From positions 1 to 64,000 of the forward strand of contig JASFLY010000003.1 in assembly GCA_050117845.1 (NCBI GenBank): a stretch of 64,000 nucleotides of DNA, written 5' to 3'. The notes under the pieces are model-generated. The model was not told the origin of the DNA, ran no database searches, and saw only the letters and a list, made by a program, of their open reading frames with translations. The position numbers were made by a program, and so were the translations under genes. Shown piece after piece: positions 36,079 through 46,081 of this stretch. The DNA comes from Candidatus Zixiibacteriota bacterium. GTDB taxonomy: Bacteria > RBG-13-66-14 > B26-G2 > WVWN01. Position 1 is the stretch's first letter. Every line of letters begins with the position of its first letter.

Positions 36079-37143
36079 ATGACCGTACTCGAAATCGTAC
36101 TCGCCGTCGTGGCCGTGGTCGCCCTGGCCGCCGCCGCGGCCATGTTCTTCTCCACCCGCGGCGCCCAGCGCCGGCTGGAGGACAACCTGGCCCGCGCCCG
36201 GGAACTGAACGCCACCGCGGCCGAAATGGCCGCGTTCCGCCAGGCCGTGGACAACCGCCTCGACAGCGTATCGAGCCTCTTCGCCAACGCCTCGAACGCC
36301 ATCAGCCAACAACTCGCCTCCGCCTCCGACACCGTATCGTCGGTGCATCAGGGCATCGGCGAAATCCGCGAGTCTTCCACCCGCGTCATCGAACTCAGCC
36401 AGAACATAAAGAAGCTGGAAGACATCCTTCGTCCCCCCAAGACGCGGGGCATCGTCGGCGAGGTCCTTCTGGAAAACGTCCTCTCCCAGGTCCTGCCCGC
36501 CAAGCAGTTCCGGCGGCAGTACCCCCTGGGCGGGACTTTCGTCGACTTCGCCGTAATCATCGGAAACAAATTCGTCCCGGTCGACTCCAAGTTCCCGCTG
36601 GAGAGTTTCGAGCGCATGATTCGGGCCGACGAGGGCGAACGTGCCGGCCTGCGCCGCGACTTCGTCCGGGCGGTTAAAAACAAAATAGACGACATCGCCG
36701 CCAAATACATCCGTCCCGACCTCGGCACCTACGACTTCGCGCTGATGTACCTGCCGTCCGAGAGCGTGTACTACGAGACGGCCGTGACCGACGGCGACCT
36801 CTTCGATTACGGCGCGGCGAAGAAAGTGTTCCCGGTTTCGCCAGCGACCATTTACGTCTACCTGGCGACGGTGGCGATGGGCCTGCGGGGGATGGCGCTG
36901 GAAGGCCGGGCGGCCGCGGTGGCCGCCGAACTTAGCCGCCTGGGGGACGAACTCGGCAAGTTCCAGGAGCTCTTCCGCGTCACCGGCAAGCACCTCCGCG
37001 ACGCCGCGAACAAGTACGACGAGGCCGGCCGCGCCCTGGGCACCTTCCAGGACCGCCTCGCCGCCGCCGGCAAACTCGGCGAGGGCGAGGAGGACGGCGC
37101 TCCGGCGCCGCTCCCGGCCGACGAAACGGGCCTCTTCGATTAA
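36079..37143 (+). CDS. rmuC: DNA recombination protein RmuC
   Basis: TM, coiled coil, RGxxGE, VDSKFP, KYI, DFALMYLPSE, SPAT. Confidence 0.92.
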   Translation: MTVLEIVLAVVAVVALAAAAAMFFSTRGAQRRLEDNLARARELNATAAEMAAFRQAVDNRLDSVSSLFANASNAISQQLASASDTVSSVHQGIGEIRESSTRVIELSQNIKKLEDILRPPKTRGIVGEVLLENVLSQVLPAKQFRRQYPLGGTFVDFAVIIGNKFVPVDSKFPLESFERMIRADEGERAGLRRDFVRAVKNKIDDIAAKYIRPDLGTYDFALMYLPSESVYYETAVTDGDLFDYGAAKKVFPVSPATIYVYLATVAMGLRGMALEGRAAAVAAELSRLGDELGKFQELFRVTGKHLRDAANKYDEAGRALGTFQDRLAAAGKLGEGEEDGAPAPLPADETGLFD

Positions 37144-37149
37144 ACGTTT

Positions 37150-37782
37150 ATGGCAAAAAAGAGCCCCAACCGATTCTGGAAATGGACGGCCGCGGCGATA
37201 GTGGCCGCGGCGACGCTCGCGCTTATTTGGAGCGCTTATCGCTACCGGAACGAGCTCCTGGCCGGCCTCGCGCCAGCAGGGGAGGAAGGCACGGCCGAAA
37301 CCGCGGCGGCGACGGGAGAATCCGAAGCGGCCGACATCTACTTCGCGGACGCCGAGTACACCGAACTCGTGGCCGAAAAGCGCGAGGTGGCGGCGACGGA
37401 GACGCCCGAGGAACGCGTCCGCCTGGTCGTCGCCGAGCTTATCGCCGGGCCCCGGTCGGCCGAGCTGTCCCCCACCCTTCCCTCGCAGGCCAAGCTAATA
37501 TCGGTGTTCCTGCAAGACGGCGTCGCCATCCTGAACTTCGATAAAAACATCCAGTCGGACAAGTTCGGCAGCACCGGCGAGCTGTTCGCCGTCAACTCCC
37601 TCTATGAAACGGTGACCGCGAACGTCGCCGGCGTGGACGGCATTCAGATACGCATCGAGGGCCGGCGGGCGAATACCCTCACCGGCGACGGCGGCCACGT
37701 GGCCGCGGGCTTCCCGGTCTACGGCGAACTGGGCCGCTACGTATCCCCGCCGCCCACCTCCTCCCGGGAGTCCTCCGAATGA
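37150..37782 (+). CDS. GerMN domain protein
   Basis: TM, IYFAD, LVAEKR, ELIAGP, GSTGE, IEG; upstream of murI. Confidence 0.8.
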   Translation: MAKKSPNRFWKWTAAAIVAAATLALIWSAYRYRNELLAGLAPAGEEGTAETAAATGESEAADIYFADAEYTELVAEKREVAATETPEERVRLVVAELIAGPRSAELSPTLPSQAKLISVFLQDGVAILNFDKNIQSDKFGSTGELFAVNSLYETVTANVAGVDGIQIRIEGRRANTLTGDGGHVAAGFPVYGELGRYVSPPPTSSRESSE

Positions 37783-38600
37783 GCGCCTCCGCCCCCATCG
37801 CGATATTCGATTCCGGCGTCGGCGGCCTTACGGTCGCCCGCGAGATAAACCGCGCCCTCGAAGGCGAGGAGCTAATTTATCTCGGCGACACCGCCCGCGT
37901 CCCCTACGGCTCCAAATCGCCCGCCACCGTACGGCGCTTCGCCGGCGAGTGCGTGGAGTTCCTACTTCACTTCCGGCCCAAGCTCGTCATCATCGCCTGC
38001 AACACGGCCTCCGCGACCGCGCTGGAATTCCTGGACAGGAACGTTGACGTGCCGATGCTCGGCGTAATCGAGCCCGGCGCGCGCGCCGCCGTGGGCGCGA
38101 CCGACCTCCGTCGCGTCGGCGTCATCGGCACGCGGGCCACCGTGGCCAGCGGCGCCTATACCCGGGCCGTGGCCGCCCTCGACGACGCCGTCGAGGTCAC
38201 GAGCCGGGCGTGCCCGCTCTTCGTCCCCCTCGTCGAGGAGGGTCGGCTGGGCGGCCCCGTCGTGCGGGAGATAGCCCGGGAGTACCTGGCGCCTCTGCTG
38301 GAGCGCGAGATAGACACGCTCATCCTCGGCTGCACCCACTACCCCGCGCTCAAGCCGGTCCTGGCCGAGGTCGCCGGCGCCGCCGTGACGCTGATAGACT
38401 CCGCGGAAACGATGGCCACGACCGTGCGCGAGGTACTCGCGGCCCGCGGCGAGGCCCGGCCCCGGGCCGAGACTCCGCCCGCGCCCCGCTTCTTCGTAAC
38501 CGACATTATCGACGAATTCGAACGGGTGGGCGGGATAATCTGGCCCGACATGTCGGGGAAGATAGAACGCGTGGAAATCGGGCGCGCGTCCCTGCATTGA
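37779..38600 (+). CDS. murI: Glutamate racemase
   Basis: FDSGVGG, PYG, ACNTA, LGCTHY. Confidence 0.97.
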   Translation: MSASAPIAIFDSGVGGLTVAREINRALEGEELIYLGDTARVPYGSKSPATVRRFAGECVEFLLHFRPKLVIIACNTASATALEFLDRNVDVPMLGVIEPGARAAVGATDLRRVGVIGTRATVASGAYTRAVAALDDAVEVTSRACPLFVPLVEEGRLGGPVVREIAREYLAPLLEREIDTLILGCTHYPALKPVLAEVAGAAVTLIDSAETMATTVREVLAARGEARPRAETPPAPRFFVTDIIDEFERVGGIIWPDMSGKIERVEIGRASLH

Positions 38601-38611
38601 GGCCCCATTTC

Positions 38612-40003
38612 ATGGACGCGAAACGGCCTAAGACGCTGTACTGGTTATGGGGACTCGGGGCATTCGGTATCGCGGTTACGGCGGCGGCCACGGTCCTCGA
38701 CCCGCCGTCGCTTCGGCTCGAGATGGCGGCCCCGATAGCGGTATTCGCGGCCGCGGCGTTCCTCTCCGGGATTTACCAGGTCCGCCTTACCTCGGCCTCC
38801 GTATTCTCGCTGTGCGCGGCGGCTTTCGCCGGCGCCGTCCTGGCCTTCGGTCCCGTCATCGGCGCATGGCTGGCCGCCGGCGTCGACCTCCTGATAACGG
38901 TCGCGGACCAGCGGCGCATAAAGCGCGGCCTCGCGGCCCCGGCGCCCGCCGACATCGCCCCCGGCCGGGTCGTCATCAACACCGGCCTCAACGCGCTGAT
39001 GTTCCTCGCCGGCGGTTACGCTTATCGGGCGGTGGCCGGAGAAATGCCCGTAAGCGAGATAACGCCTCTCACCGTGGCGGGCATCGTGGCCTTTCTGGCG
39101 GCCCGGATGGTCGTCATCCAGGTCTACCACGCGATAATCGGGGCGGTACGGGGGACGCTCTCCATTCGTTCCGCGCTCCGCGATATCCGTAGCACCTTGA
39201 CCTTCGACGTGGCCCTGTACCCCGCGGCCCTCGTGCTGGCGCTGTTGTACGCCCACGGGATGCTATGGGGGTTGGCCCTCGCCGGGACGTCGCTCGTCCT
39301 AGCGAGCGTTCTCCTCCAGCGTCAAACGCGCCTCGACCTCGTCGTGAAGCGATACGTATCGCCGGCCAAGTCGTCCGAAATTCTGGACAACCCGTACGAG
39401 TTCCTGCGCGCCGAGCGCCGTGATATCAGCATCGTCTTCGCCGACCTCCGCGGCACCACCGGCATAAGCCAGCGCCTCCCCGCTGCGGACATGCTCGCGC
39501 TCTTGAACGCGTTCCACCGGACGATGATAGACGAGGTCATCCGGGCCGGGGCGACCGTGGACAAGATTATGGGGGACGGCCTGATGATACTGGTGGGCGC
39601 GCCGATTAGGGAAGAGAACCACCCGGCGAAGGCGGTGGAACTGGGGATCGCGCTCCAGCGGGCGTACCGGGGAGTGCGGCGCGACCTCGAAGGCCGGGGC
39701 CTCCCGGCTCCGGGTATGGGCGTAGGCGTCGCGACCGGCGAGGTCGTAATTGGGAACGTGGGGTCGGAGATGCGGCTGGACTACACGGCCATCGGGGCCG
39801 CGGTCAACGTTTCGTCCAAACTCTGCGCCGCCGCGGCCGATACTGAGATCTTGATTACCGGCGAGTGCCGCCGTCGGGTGGAAGAAGCCATGGCCGCCGG
39901 ACGGGCGTCGTATTTGAAGGATATCGAATTTGAAGGACTGGCGCCGCTGGCCGTGGCCGGCCTGGCCGAACCCATAGAGGCCGTCCGGGCCGTGTACGCT
40001 TGA
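38612..40003 (+). CDS. Membrane-bound class III adenylate cyclase
   Basis: Multi-TM sensor region, then FADLRG, DKIMGDG, GNVG, DYTAIG and VN; start reassigned to ATG 38612 after the murI stop. Confidence 0.88.
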   Translation: MDAKRPKTLYWLWGLGAFGIAVTAAATVLDPPSLRLEMAAPIAVFAAAAFLSGIYQVRLTSASVFSLCAAAFAGAVLAFGPVIGAWLAAGVDLLITVADQRRIKRGLAAPAPADIAPGRVVINTGLNALMFLAGGYAYRAVAGEMPVSEITPLTVAGIVAFLAARMVVIQVYHAIIGAVRGTLSIRSALRDIRSTLTFDVALYPAALVLALLYAHGMLWGLALAGTSLVLASVLLQRQTRLDLVVKRYVSPAKSSEILDNPYEFLRAERRDISIVFADLRGTTGISQRLPAADMLALLNAFHRTMIDEVIRAGATVDKIMGDGLMILVGAPIREENHPAKAVELGIALQRAYRGVRRDLEGRGLPAPGMGVGVATGEVVIGNVGSEMRLDYTAIGAAVNVSSKLCAAAADTEILITGECRRRVEEAMAAGRASYLKDIEFEGLAPLAVAGLAEPIEAVRAVYA

Positions 40004-40013
40004 TAGCGCGGAT

Positions 40014-40424
40014 TTATTCTATTACAAATTCGTGGCTGACGTCGCAAGCCTTAGAGAGCATGGCGTACGCGCCGCAATACTTCTCCACCGACAGGCGCAC
40101 AGCCTCGGCTACGTCCTTCTCTTGCAGGTCCGTACCGCGGCAGTAGTATTTAACGCGAATACCGGTAAAAACGCGCGGGTGCTCCTCGGCCCTGTCGGCC
40201 TCGACCTCGACGCGAAAGTCCGTCAGGCCCGTCCGTTTTTTCGTAAGTATTGACGCCACGTCCATGCCGGTGCAGCCGCCCAGGCCGATGAGAAAGAGCT
40301 CGAGCGGCCGCGACCCGGCCTCGAGGCCGCCCAGATTAACCGGCCCGTCCATGGGCACCCAGTGGCCGGAATCAGCTTTACCGATGAAGGATAATCCCTG
40401 TACGCGATAAACTTCCGCTTTCAT
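40014..40424 (-). CDS. OsmC/YhfA-like protein
   Basis: RPLELFLIGLGGCTGMD ... LSVEKYC two-Cys pattern. Confidence 0.9.
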   Translation of the reverse strand: MKAEVYRVQGLSFIGKADSGHWVPMDGPVNLGGLEAGSRPLELFLIGLGGCTGMDVASILTKKRTGLTDFRVEVEADRAEEHPRVFTGIRVKYYCRGTDLQEKDVAEAVRLSVEKYCGAYAMLSKACDVSHEFVIE

Positions 40425-40470
40425 TCAAACCTCCTGCCGTCGCCGGCGTAAGTTACGGATAGGAGTAGTT

Positions 40471-41235
40471 ATGTCGAAAGAAAAAGCTCGGCCCGACGGC
40501 CGTCGCCCGGATCAACTCCGGCCTGTAAAAATCACCCGCGGGTATCTGATGCACCCGGAAGGGTCCTGCCTCATCGAGGTCGGCGATACGAAGATAATCT
40601 GTACCGCCTCCGTCGAGGCCGGCGTCCCCAACTGGATGGACGGCGGCGGCCGGGGCTGGGTAACGGCCGAGTATTCTATGTTACCTCGGGCTACCCATTC
40701 AAGGTCTTTCCGCGAAGGCCGGACCGCTCGGCCGCCGGGGCGGACGATGGAGATCCAGCGGCTCGTGGGCCGCTGCCTCCGGGCGGTCACCGAACTTCCC
40801 GCGCTGGGCGACCGCCGCGTCACCATCGACTGCGACGTCATTCAAGCCGACGGGGGCACGCGGACCGCCGCCATCACCGGCGGGTACGTCGCGCTGCACG
40901 ACGCGCTCGCCAAGGTCGGCATTAAAACCGCCGAGGGAAACCTGCCGCTCCGCGATACCGTCGTCGGCGTTTCGGTGGGCATCGTGGCCGGCGAGCCGCG
41001 CCTAGACCTGCCCTACGCCGAGGACCGCGACGCCGCCGTCGACATGAACTGCGCATTCACCGGCGAGGGGCGCATCGTCGAGATTCAGGCATCCGCGGAG
41101 GAGCGGCCTTTCAGCGACGCCGAGTTCGAGAAGCTACTCGACCTGGCCCGCCAGGGGGCGGCGCTCCTTACGCGGCTCGTCAAACAACTCTTCGACCGGG
41201 ACCTCCCCTCCATCAGGACCCACGACGGAACGTAA
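40471..41235 (+). CDS. rph: Ribonuclease PH
   Basis: RPDGR, WVTAEYSMLP, EIQRLVGR, QADGGTR, DMN. Confidence 0.97.
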   Translation: MSKEKARPDGRRPDQLRPVKITRGYLMHPEGSCLIEVGDTKIICTASVEAGVPNWMDGGGRGWVTAEYSMLPRATHSRSFREGRTARPPGRTMEIQRLVGRCLRAVTELPALGDRRVTIDCDVIQADGGTRTAAITGGYVALHDALAKVGIKTAEGNLPLRDTVVGVSVGIVAGEPRLDLPYAEDRDAAVDMNCAFTGEGRIVEIQASAEERPFSDAEFEKLLDLARQGAALLTRLVKQLFDRDLPSIRTHDGT

Positions 41236-41248
41236 CGGCGGCCCGACG

Positions 41249-42319
41249 ATGCCCTACCCCTTTTCCTTCGAGGTTGAAGCCGAACGCGACGGCGCCCGCG
41301 CCGGCGTTTTAACCACTCCCCACGGCCGCATCCCCACGCCGGCGTTCATGCCGGTGGCCACGCAGGCCGCGGTCAAACTCCTCTCCCCGGACGAACTCAT
41401 CGCGGCGGGTACGAGCATCCTCGTCGCCAATACCTACCACCTCCACCTCCGGCCGGGGGAGGACGTCGTCGCGGGCCACGGCGGCCTGCACGAGTTCATG
41501 GCCTGGCCCGGGGCCATCCTCACCGACAGCGGCGGCTTCCAGATCCACTCGCTGGCGTCGCGGCGGGAGCTGGACGACGACGGCGTTACGTTCCGCTCCC
41601 ACGTCGACGGCCAACTGCTTCGCCTCACGCCCGAGATAGCGACCCGTATCCAGGAGGACCTGGGGGCCGACCTGATAATGGCGTTCGACTACTGTACCTC
41701 CTACCCCACGGGCCGGGAGGAAGCGGCCCGCGCGGTGGACCTCACGACGGCGTGGGCGGAGCGTTGTCTGCGAGCCCACGGCTCCCCCCACCAGCGTCTG
41801 CTGGGCATCGTGCAGGGGGCGGTATTCCGTGACCTGCGCGAACGGAGCGCCGCGGCGCTCGTCGACATGGGTTTCTTCGCGTACGCCATCGGCGGCCTCT
41901 CGGTCGGCGAGGACCCGGCCCAAACCGCGGAGTACGCCGCCTTCACTGCCTCCCTACTTCCGCGGCACAAACTCCGTTATCTGATGGGGGTGGGACGGCC
42001 GGAGGACATGACCCGGGCCGTCGCCGCCGGAATCGACCTCTTCGACTGCGTCGTGCCGACGAGGGAGGCCCGCCACGGCACGGCCATCACACCCGAAGGC
42101 CGGATGAACCTGCGGCGGGCGGAGTTCCGGGCGGACGAGAGGCCGGTGGACGAGAATTGCTCGTGTTACACCTGCCGCCGTTTCTCGCGGGCGTACCTCC
42201 GCCACCTCCTCATGGCCGGGGAGCATTCGGCCGGCCGTCTGCTTTCCCTCCATAATATTTATTTCCTACAGCATACGCTGGCGTGCCTGCGCGCCCGCAT
42301 TACCGGAGAAAACGTTTGA
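41249..42319 (+). CDS. tgt: tRNA-guanine transglycosylase
   Basis: TPAFMPV, NTYHL, DSGGFQ, FDYC, GGLSVGE, YLMGVG, FDCV, CxCxxC...H. Confidence 0.96.
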   Translation: MPYPFSFEVEAERDGARAGVLTTPHGRIPTPAFMPVATQAAVKLLSPDELIAAGTSILVANTYHLHLRPGEDVVAGHGGLHEFMAWPGAILTDSGGFQIHSLASRRELDDDGVTFRSHVDGQLLRLTPEIATRIQEDLGADLIMAFDYCTSYPTGREEAARAVDLTTAWAERCLRAHGSPHQRLLGIVQGAVFRDLRERSAAALVDMGFFAYAIGGLSVGEDPAQTAEYAAFTASLLPRHKLRYLMGVGRPEDMTRAVAAGIDLFDCVVPTREARHGTAITPEGRMNLRRAEFRADERPVDENCSCYTCRRFSRAYLRHLLMAGEHSAGRLLSLHNIYFLQHTLACLRARITGENV

Positions 42320-42344
42320 CCCCGCCGCCGGGAACCTTTACAAT
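42316..42344 (+). promoter_or_regulatory. Sigma70 promoter, probably producing a leaderless mRNA
   Basis: TTGACC-17 bp-TACAAT; ATG follows after 7 nt. Confidence 0.75.
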
Positions 42345-42351
42345 ATAGGCG

Positions 42352-43302
42352 ATGAAGCTTTTAATCGCGACACTAGTATTGTTGTTTATCGGCGCCGCGT
42401 ACGCCGACGTTTGGATCGGCGTCGACGGGGGCCTCCGGCACTACTCGTACGACGGCGAGTACATAAGGAGTTTCGACAGCTACCGCCGTCCCATCTCGCT
42501 GGTCCTCGACGCGGAGCGGAACCGCCTCTGGTTCCTGGACGCCTACGACTACAAGCTGGTCTGCTTCGACGTGGAGGAGAAACGGGAACTACTGAGCGTC
42601 CCCAAGGTCGCCCACGCCCCGGCCATCGCCGCCGGCGACCTACGGATCTACATGTTGGAGAAGCGGCCTTTCGAACCGTCCATCTCGGTCGATCCCAGCG
42701 ACGGGTCGGTATGGATCGCGGATTTCTACGGCCACGAGGTGGCCCGGATCGACCTCGACGGCAACGAGATATTCCGGTCGGCCTCGTTCCACGAGCCGTT
42801 CTCCATCGCGACGCTGGGTGACTGCAACGCCTGGGTATCCGGCCGCATCCGAACCTTGACCCTTATAAGCCCGACCTGCGAAACGCTAAACAACCTCTCG
42901 GGCGTGAACGAAGCCCGCGCCCTGGCGTACGACGCGGCGCAGGATTTGGTGTGGGTAGCGGACTACCGCAACAACCGCGTCTTCGCGATAAACCGGGAAG
43001 GCCGGCTGAAAAAGAGAATCCCCGGCGTCGAACTGCCGGAGAAGCTGGCGGTGGACGAGGAACGAAGCACGGTGTGGGTCGCGACCAATTACAACGGTAT
43101 AATAAAGATCTCGTCCGACAAGGAAGAGATAACCGCCACCATCCCCGAACCCGATAGCGTCGTCGCGTTGGATATCGACTCGGAAGGCCGCCTGTGGGTG
43201 GCCTACGATAAAGCCGAAGAAGTAACCTGTTACTCGCCCGAGGCCGAAGACGTCGTCACGATACGGCGCGTTAAAGGCGTGGTCGGCATCGCCGCCGAAT
43301 AA
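42352..43302 (+). CDS. Secreted beta-propeller protein (NHL/YncE-like)
   Basis: Signal peptide; repeated LWFLD / VWIAD / VWVAD / VWVA / LWVA blades. Confidence 0.75.
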   Translation: MKLLIATLVLLFIGAAYADVWIGVDGGLRHYSYDGEYIRSFDSYRRPISLVLDAERNRLWFLDAYDYKLVCFDVEEKRELLSVPKVAHAPAIAAGDLRIYMLEKRPFEPSISVDPSDGSVWIADFYGHEVARIDLDGNEIFRSASFHEPFSIATLGDCNAWVSGRIRTLTLISPTCETLNNLSGVNEARALAYDAAQDLVWVADYRNNRVFAINREGRLKKRIPGVELPEKLAVDEERSTVWVATNYNGIIKISSDKEEITATIPEPDSVVALDIDSEGRLWVAYDKAEEVTCYSPEAEDVVTIRRVKGVVGIAAE

Positions 43303-43336
43303 AAAACGGCCCGGGAGGAACGCCCCGGGCCGCTTT
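43301..43336. terminator. Bidirectional terminator between convergent genes
   Basis: A6-CGGCCCGGG-loop-CCCGGGCCG-CTTT. Confidence 0.75.
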
Positions 43337-43351
43337 AACAGCCTGCCTACG

Positions 43352-44029
43352 TTACCAACTCCACTCCAAGTGATATTGCTCGCCCGGTTTCATCCGGCCC
43401 ACGTGCCACTCCAGCGTCGACCGGTCGGCCGCCAGCGCGAGTTCCGCCGGCCTCGCGTCCCGACCCTCCGACTTCACGTACGCCTTCGACGAATGCGGCA
43501 ACCTCTCCGGCGGGAACTCCACGCGGAAGACGACGTCGTCCGTAGGGTAATCCCCCACGAACATGAACGAGACGTCCTCGCCCGGGAAGGCGTCGTAAAT
43601 GTTATAGGCCACGCGGCGCGACACCGCCTTCCCCGGCTCGAGCGGCGGTTTGAATACTACTTTAATAATGTAATACTTGCCTACGCTCATCCGTTCGCCG
43701 ATTTCGCCCGGCGACACGTCGAAGTCGTCCAGCCGTCCCCGCGTAAAGAGATTCCGGTCGCGTATGTCCGCCAGCGGCCGGTGCAGCGGGACCAACTCCT
43801 GGACCTTCTCGAAGTGGGCCACGTTTCCGGCCCCGTCGAGGATCTTCAGTCGCAACTCGGCGCTTTTAATCTTCAGGTAGCTACGCTGGAAGGTCAGCGC
43901 GGCCCAGATCACCGCGGCCACCATAAAGACGGCCAGCGCCACGCCGGGCCATATCCAGCCCAATACGAAGCAGATTACGCTCGCCACGGCGAACGCGGCA
44001 ACGAATATTAATTTGACCGGATTCTTCAC
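43352..44029 (-). CDS. Hypothetical membrane protein (TM hairpin + beta-rich domain)
   Basis: 225-aa ORF with AGGAG SD directly downstream of queA. Confidence 0.7.
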   Translation of the reverse strand: MKNPVKLIFVAAFAVASVICFVLGWIWPGVALAVFMVAAVIWAALTFQRSYLKIKSAELRLKILDGAGNVAHFEKVQELVPLHRPLADIRDRNLFTRGRLDDFDVSPGEIGERMSVGKYYIIKVVFKPPLEPGKAVSRRVAYNIYDAFPGEDVSFMFVGDYPTDDVVFRVEFPPERLPHSSKAYVKSEGRDARPAELALAADRSTLEWHVGRMKPGEQYHLEWSW

Positions 44030-44041
44030 GTCACTCGCTCC

Positions 44042-45073
44042 TTAATATATGAACATGGCGTCGCCGTACGAGTAGAACCGGTAGCCCTCTCGGACCGCGG
44101 CGCCGTACCATCCCAGAACGTTTTCCACGCCGCCGAACGCCGCCACGAGCGCCAGAAGGCTCGACCGCGGCAGGTGGAAATTCGTCAACAGCGCGTCGAC
44201 GACTTTGAACTTGTAGCCGGGGTAAATATAGAGGTCCGTTTCCCCCCGGAACGGGCCGACCATGCCGGCCTCGTCGGCCGCGGTCTCGAGGGCCCTTACG
44301 GCCGTCGTCCCGACCGCGACGACGCGGCGATGCTCGAGTTTCGCGGCGCTAATGGCCCGGGCCGCGGACCGGCTGATACTCATCTCCTCGCGCTCGACGT
44401 GGTGCTCCTCCAACGAATCGCCCCGGATGGGCTTGAAGGTCCCGTACGAGACATGGAGGGTGATCTCGACTACCTCGACGCCCCGCTCCTTTATCCCGTC
44501 CAATATTTCCCGGGTGAAGTGCAGGCCCGCGGTAGGCGCCGCCACCGAACCCCGGCGCCGCGCGTAGACCGTCTGGTAACGGCCCACGTCCTCCTCCGTC
44601 GGGCCGTCGGGCCTTTTAATGTACGGCGGCAGCGGCACCTTCCCCGTCTCGTCGACCACGGCCTCGACGTCGTCCGCCCCGTAGAACTCGACGACGCGCT
44701 CGGGCCCCGCCAGGACGCCGACGACCTCGGCGTGCAGGCCGTCCTCGCCGAATGTGAACCGCGCGCCCACGTCCGCCCGCCGGGCGGGGCGAGCCAAAAC
44801 GCGGTAACGGCCGGGGGCCAGTTTGCGGAGGAGCAGCAGTTCGCCGTCGCTATCGCCGACGCGGCCCAAAAGGCGCGCCGGGTAAACCGACGTGTCGTTC
44901 AGGACCAGTACGTCCCCCTCCGCCAAAAGTTCCGGGAACTGGGCGAAGGAACGGTGCTCCGGTTCGCCGCCGTCGCGGCGGCAGGCCAGAAGGCGGGCCC
45001 GGTCGCGCTCGGGCGCCGGCTGTTGGGCGATGAGGTCTCGGGGAAGGTCGTAGTCGATAATCTCGGTTTTCAT
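44042..45073 (-). CDS. queA: S-adenosylmethionine:tRNA ribosyltransferase-isomerase
   Basis: LIAQ, PLPPYIKR, YQTVYA, AAPTAGLHF, AVGTT, TNFHLP, YSYGDAM. Confidence 0.97.
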   Translation of the reverse strand: MKTEIIDYDLPRDLIAQQPAPERDRARLLACRRDGGEPEHRSFAQFPELLAEGDVLVLNDTSVYPARLLGRVGDSDGELLLLRKLAPGRYRVLARPARRADVGARFTFGEDGLHAEVVGVLAGPERVVEFYGADDVEAVVDETGKVPLPPYIKRPDGPTEEDVGRYQTVYARRRGSVAAPTAGLHFTREILDGIKERGVEVVEITLHVSYGTFKPIRGDSLEEHHVEREEMSISRSAARAISAAKLEHRRVVAVGTTAVRALETAADEAGMVGPFRGETDLYIYPGYKFKVVDALLTNFHLPRSSLLALVAAFGGVENVLGWYGAAVREGYRFYSYGDAMFIY

Positions 45074-45138
45074 AAGCCAGAAGGGATAATAACATAGGAG
45101 CGGCGGCCGTTAAAGGTAAAACCAGAAAAAGGTTAAAC

Positions 45139-45167
45139 TTGCGCCCGGTTTATACCGGTGCTACTAT
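45139..45167 (+). promoter_or_regulatory. Sigma70-type promoter of yicC
   Basis: TTGCGC-17 bp-TACTAT with TG extension. Confidence 0.6.
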
Positions 45168-45193
45168 GACCGAACGCTTGGAGAGGTATATCT

Positions 45194-46069
45194 ATGGTTA
45201 ATTCTATGACGGGATTCGGTCGGGGCGAGGCCCCTTACGGCGACGGCGTCATCGTCGTCGAGGTCACGACCGTAAACAGCCGGCACCTCGACGTCACCGT
45301 CCGGGGCCTCCGGGAATACGGCTCGCTCGAGCTGGACGTGCGGTCCCGCGTCGGCGAACGGCTGGGCAGGGGCAAAGCCCACGTCACGGTGGCCGTCCGG
45401 GGCACCTCGGCCGGGACCAAACGCGTCGTCTCCCACGTCGACCTGGCCCGGGAATACGTCAACGAATTCGAACGGCTGCGCTACGCCGTCGGCCTCAAGG
45501 GAAACCTCCCGCTGGAGGCGTTGACCTCCCGGGACGATTTCCTCACGATAGAGGAAGATACGGACGACGGCGCGCTGGGGGAAGGGGTCCTGGCCGCACT
45601 CGACGCCGCCCTCGGCCGCGTCTCCCAGATGCGGGCCGCGGAAGGCGAAAAGCTGGCCGCGGACCTTTCGGAGCGGCTCGAACGTTTGGGCAAACTCTAC
45701 GACGACGTGGCGAGCCGGGCCCCGGAAGTGGCGGTCGCCTACCGGGACCGGCTGCAGGCGCGGATATCCGAGCTGACCGACGGGGCCGGCCTGGATCCCG
45801 GCCGCCTGGAAAACGAGACCGCCCTCTTCGCCGAACGCTGCGACATCAGCGAGGAGATAGTCCGGAGTCGGGCTCACGCCAAGGCGTTCGCCGACGCCCT
45901 CGGCGGCGACGGACGGGCGGGAAGGCGCCTCGACTTCCTCGCGGTGGAGCTGAACCGCGAGGCCAACACCATCGCCGCCAAGGCCCAGGACGCCGGCATC
46001 GCGTCCCTGGCCATAGAAATAAAAGACCTGCTCGAGCAGATCCGCGAGCAGGTGCAGAATATCGAGTAG
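45194..46069 (+). CDS. yicC: YicC/YloC family endoribonuclease
   Basis: SMTGFG, VNSRHLD, DISEEIVR, GRRLDF, NREANT, EQIREQVQNIE. Confidence 0.93.
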   Translation: MVNSMTGFGRGEAPYGDGVIVVEVTTVNSRHLDVTVRGLREYGSLELDVRSRVGERLGRGKAHVTVAVRGTSAGTKRVVSHVDLAREYVNEFERLRYAVGLKGNLPLEALTSRDDFLTIEEDTDDGALGEGVLAALDAALGRVSQMRAAEGEKLAADLSERLERLGKLYDDVASRAPEVAVAYRDRLQARISELTDGAGLDPGRLENETALFAERCDISEEIVRSRAHAKAFADALGGDGRAGRRLDFLAVELNREANTIAAKAQDAGIASLAIEIKDLLEQIREQVQNIE

Positions 46070-46081
46070 TATTAACCGGCC

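Noticed and set aside
38210..38611. N-terminal extension of the cyclase ORF
   Set aside because: Lies within murI; ATG 38612 just after the murI stop is more plausible.
45102..45113. TTTAACGGCCGC shared by the queA and M23 promoter regions (second copy near 58453-58464)
   Set aside because: Only two copies, in different registers relative to the -10 and upstream of unrelated genes; probably chance.
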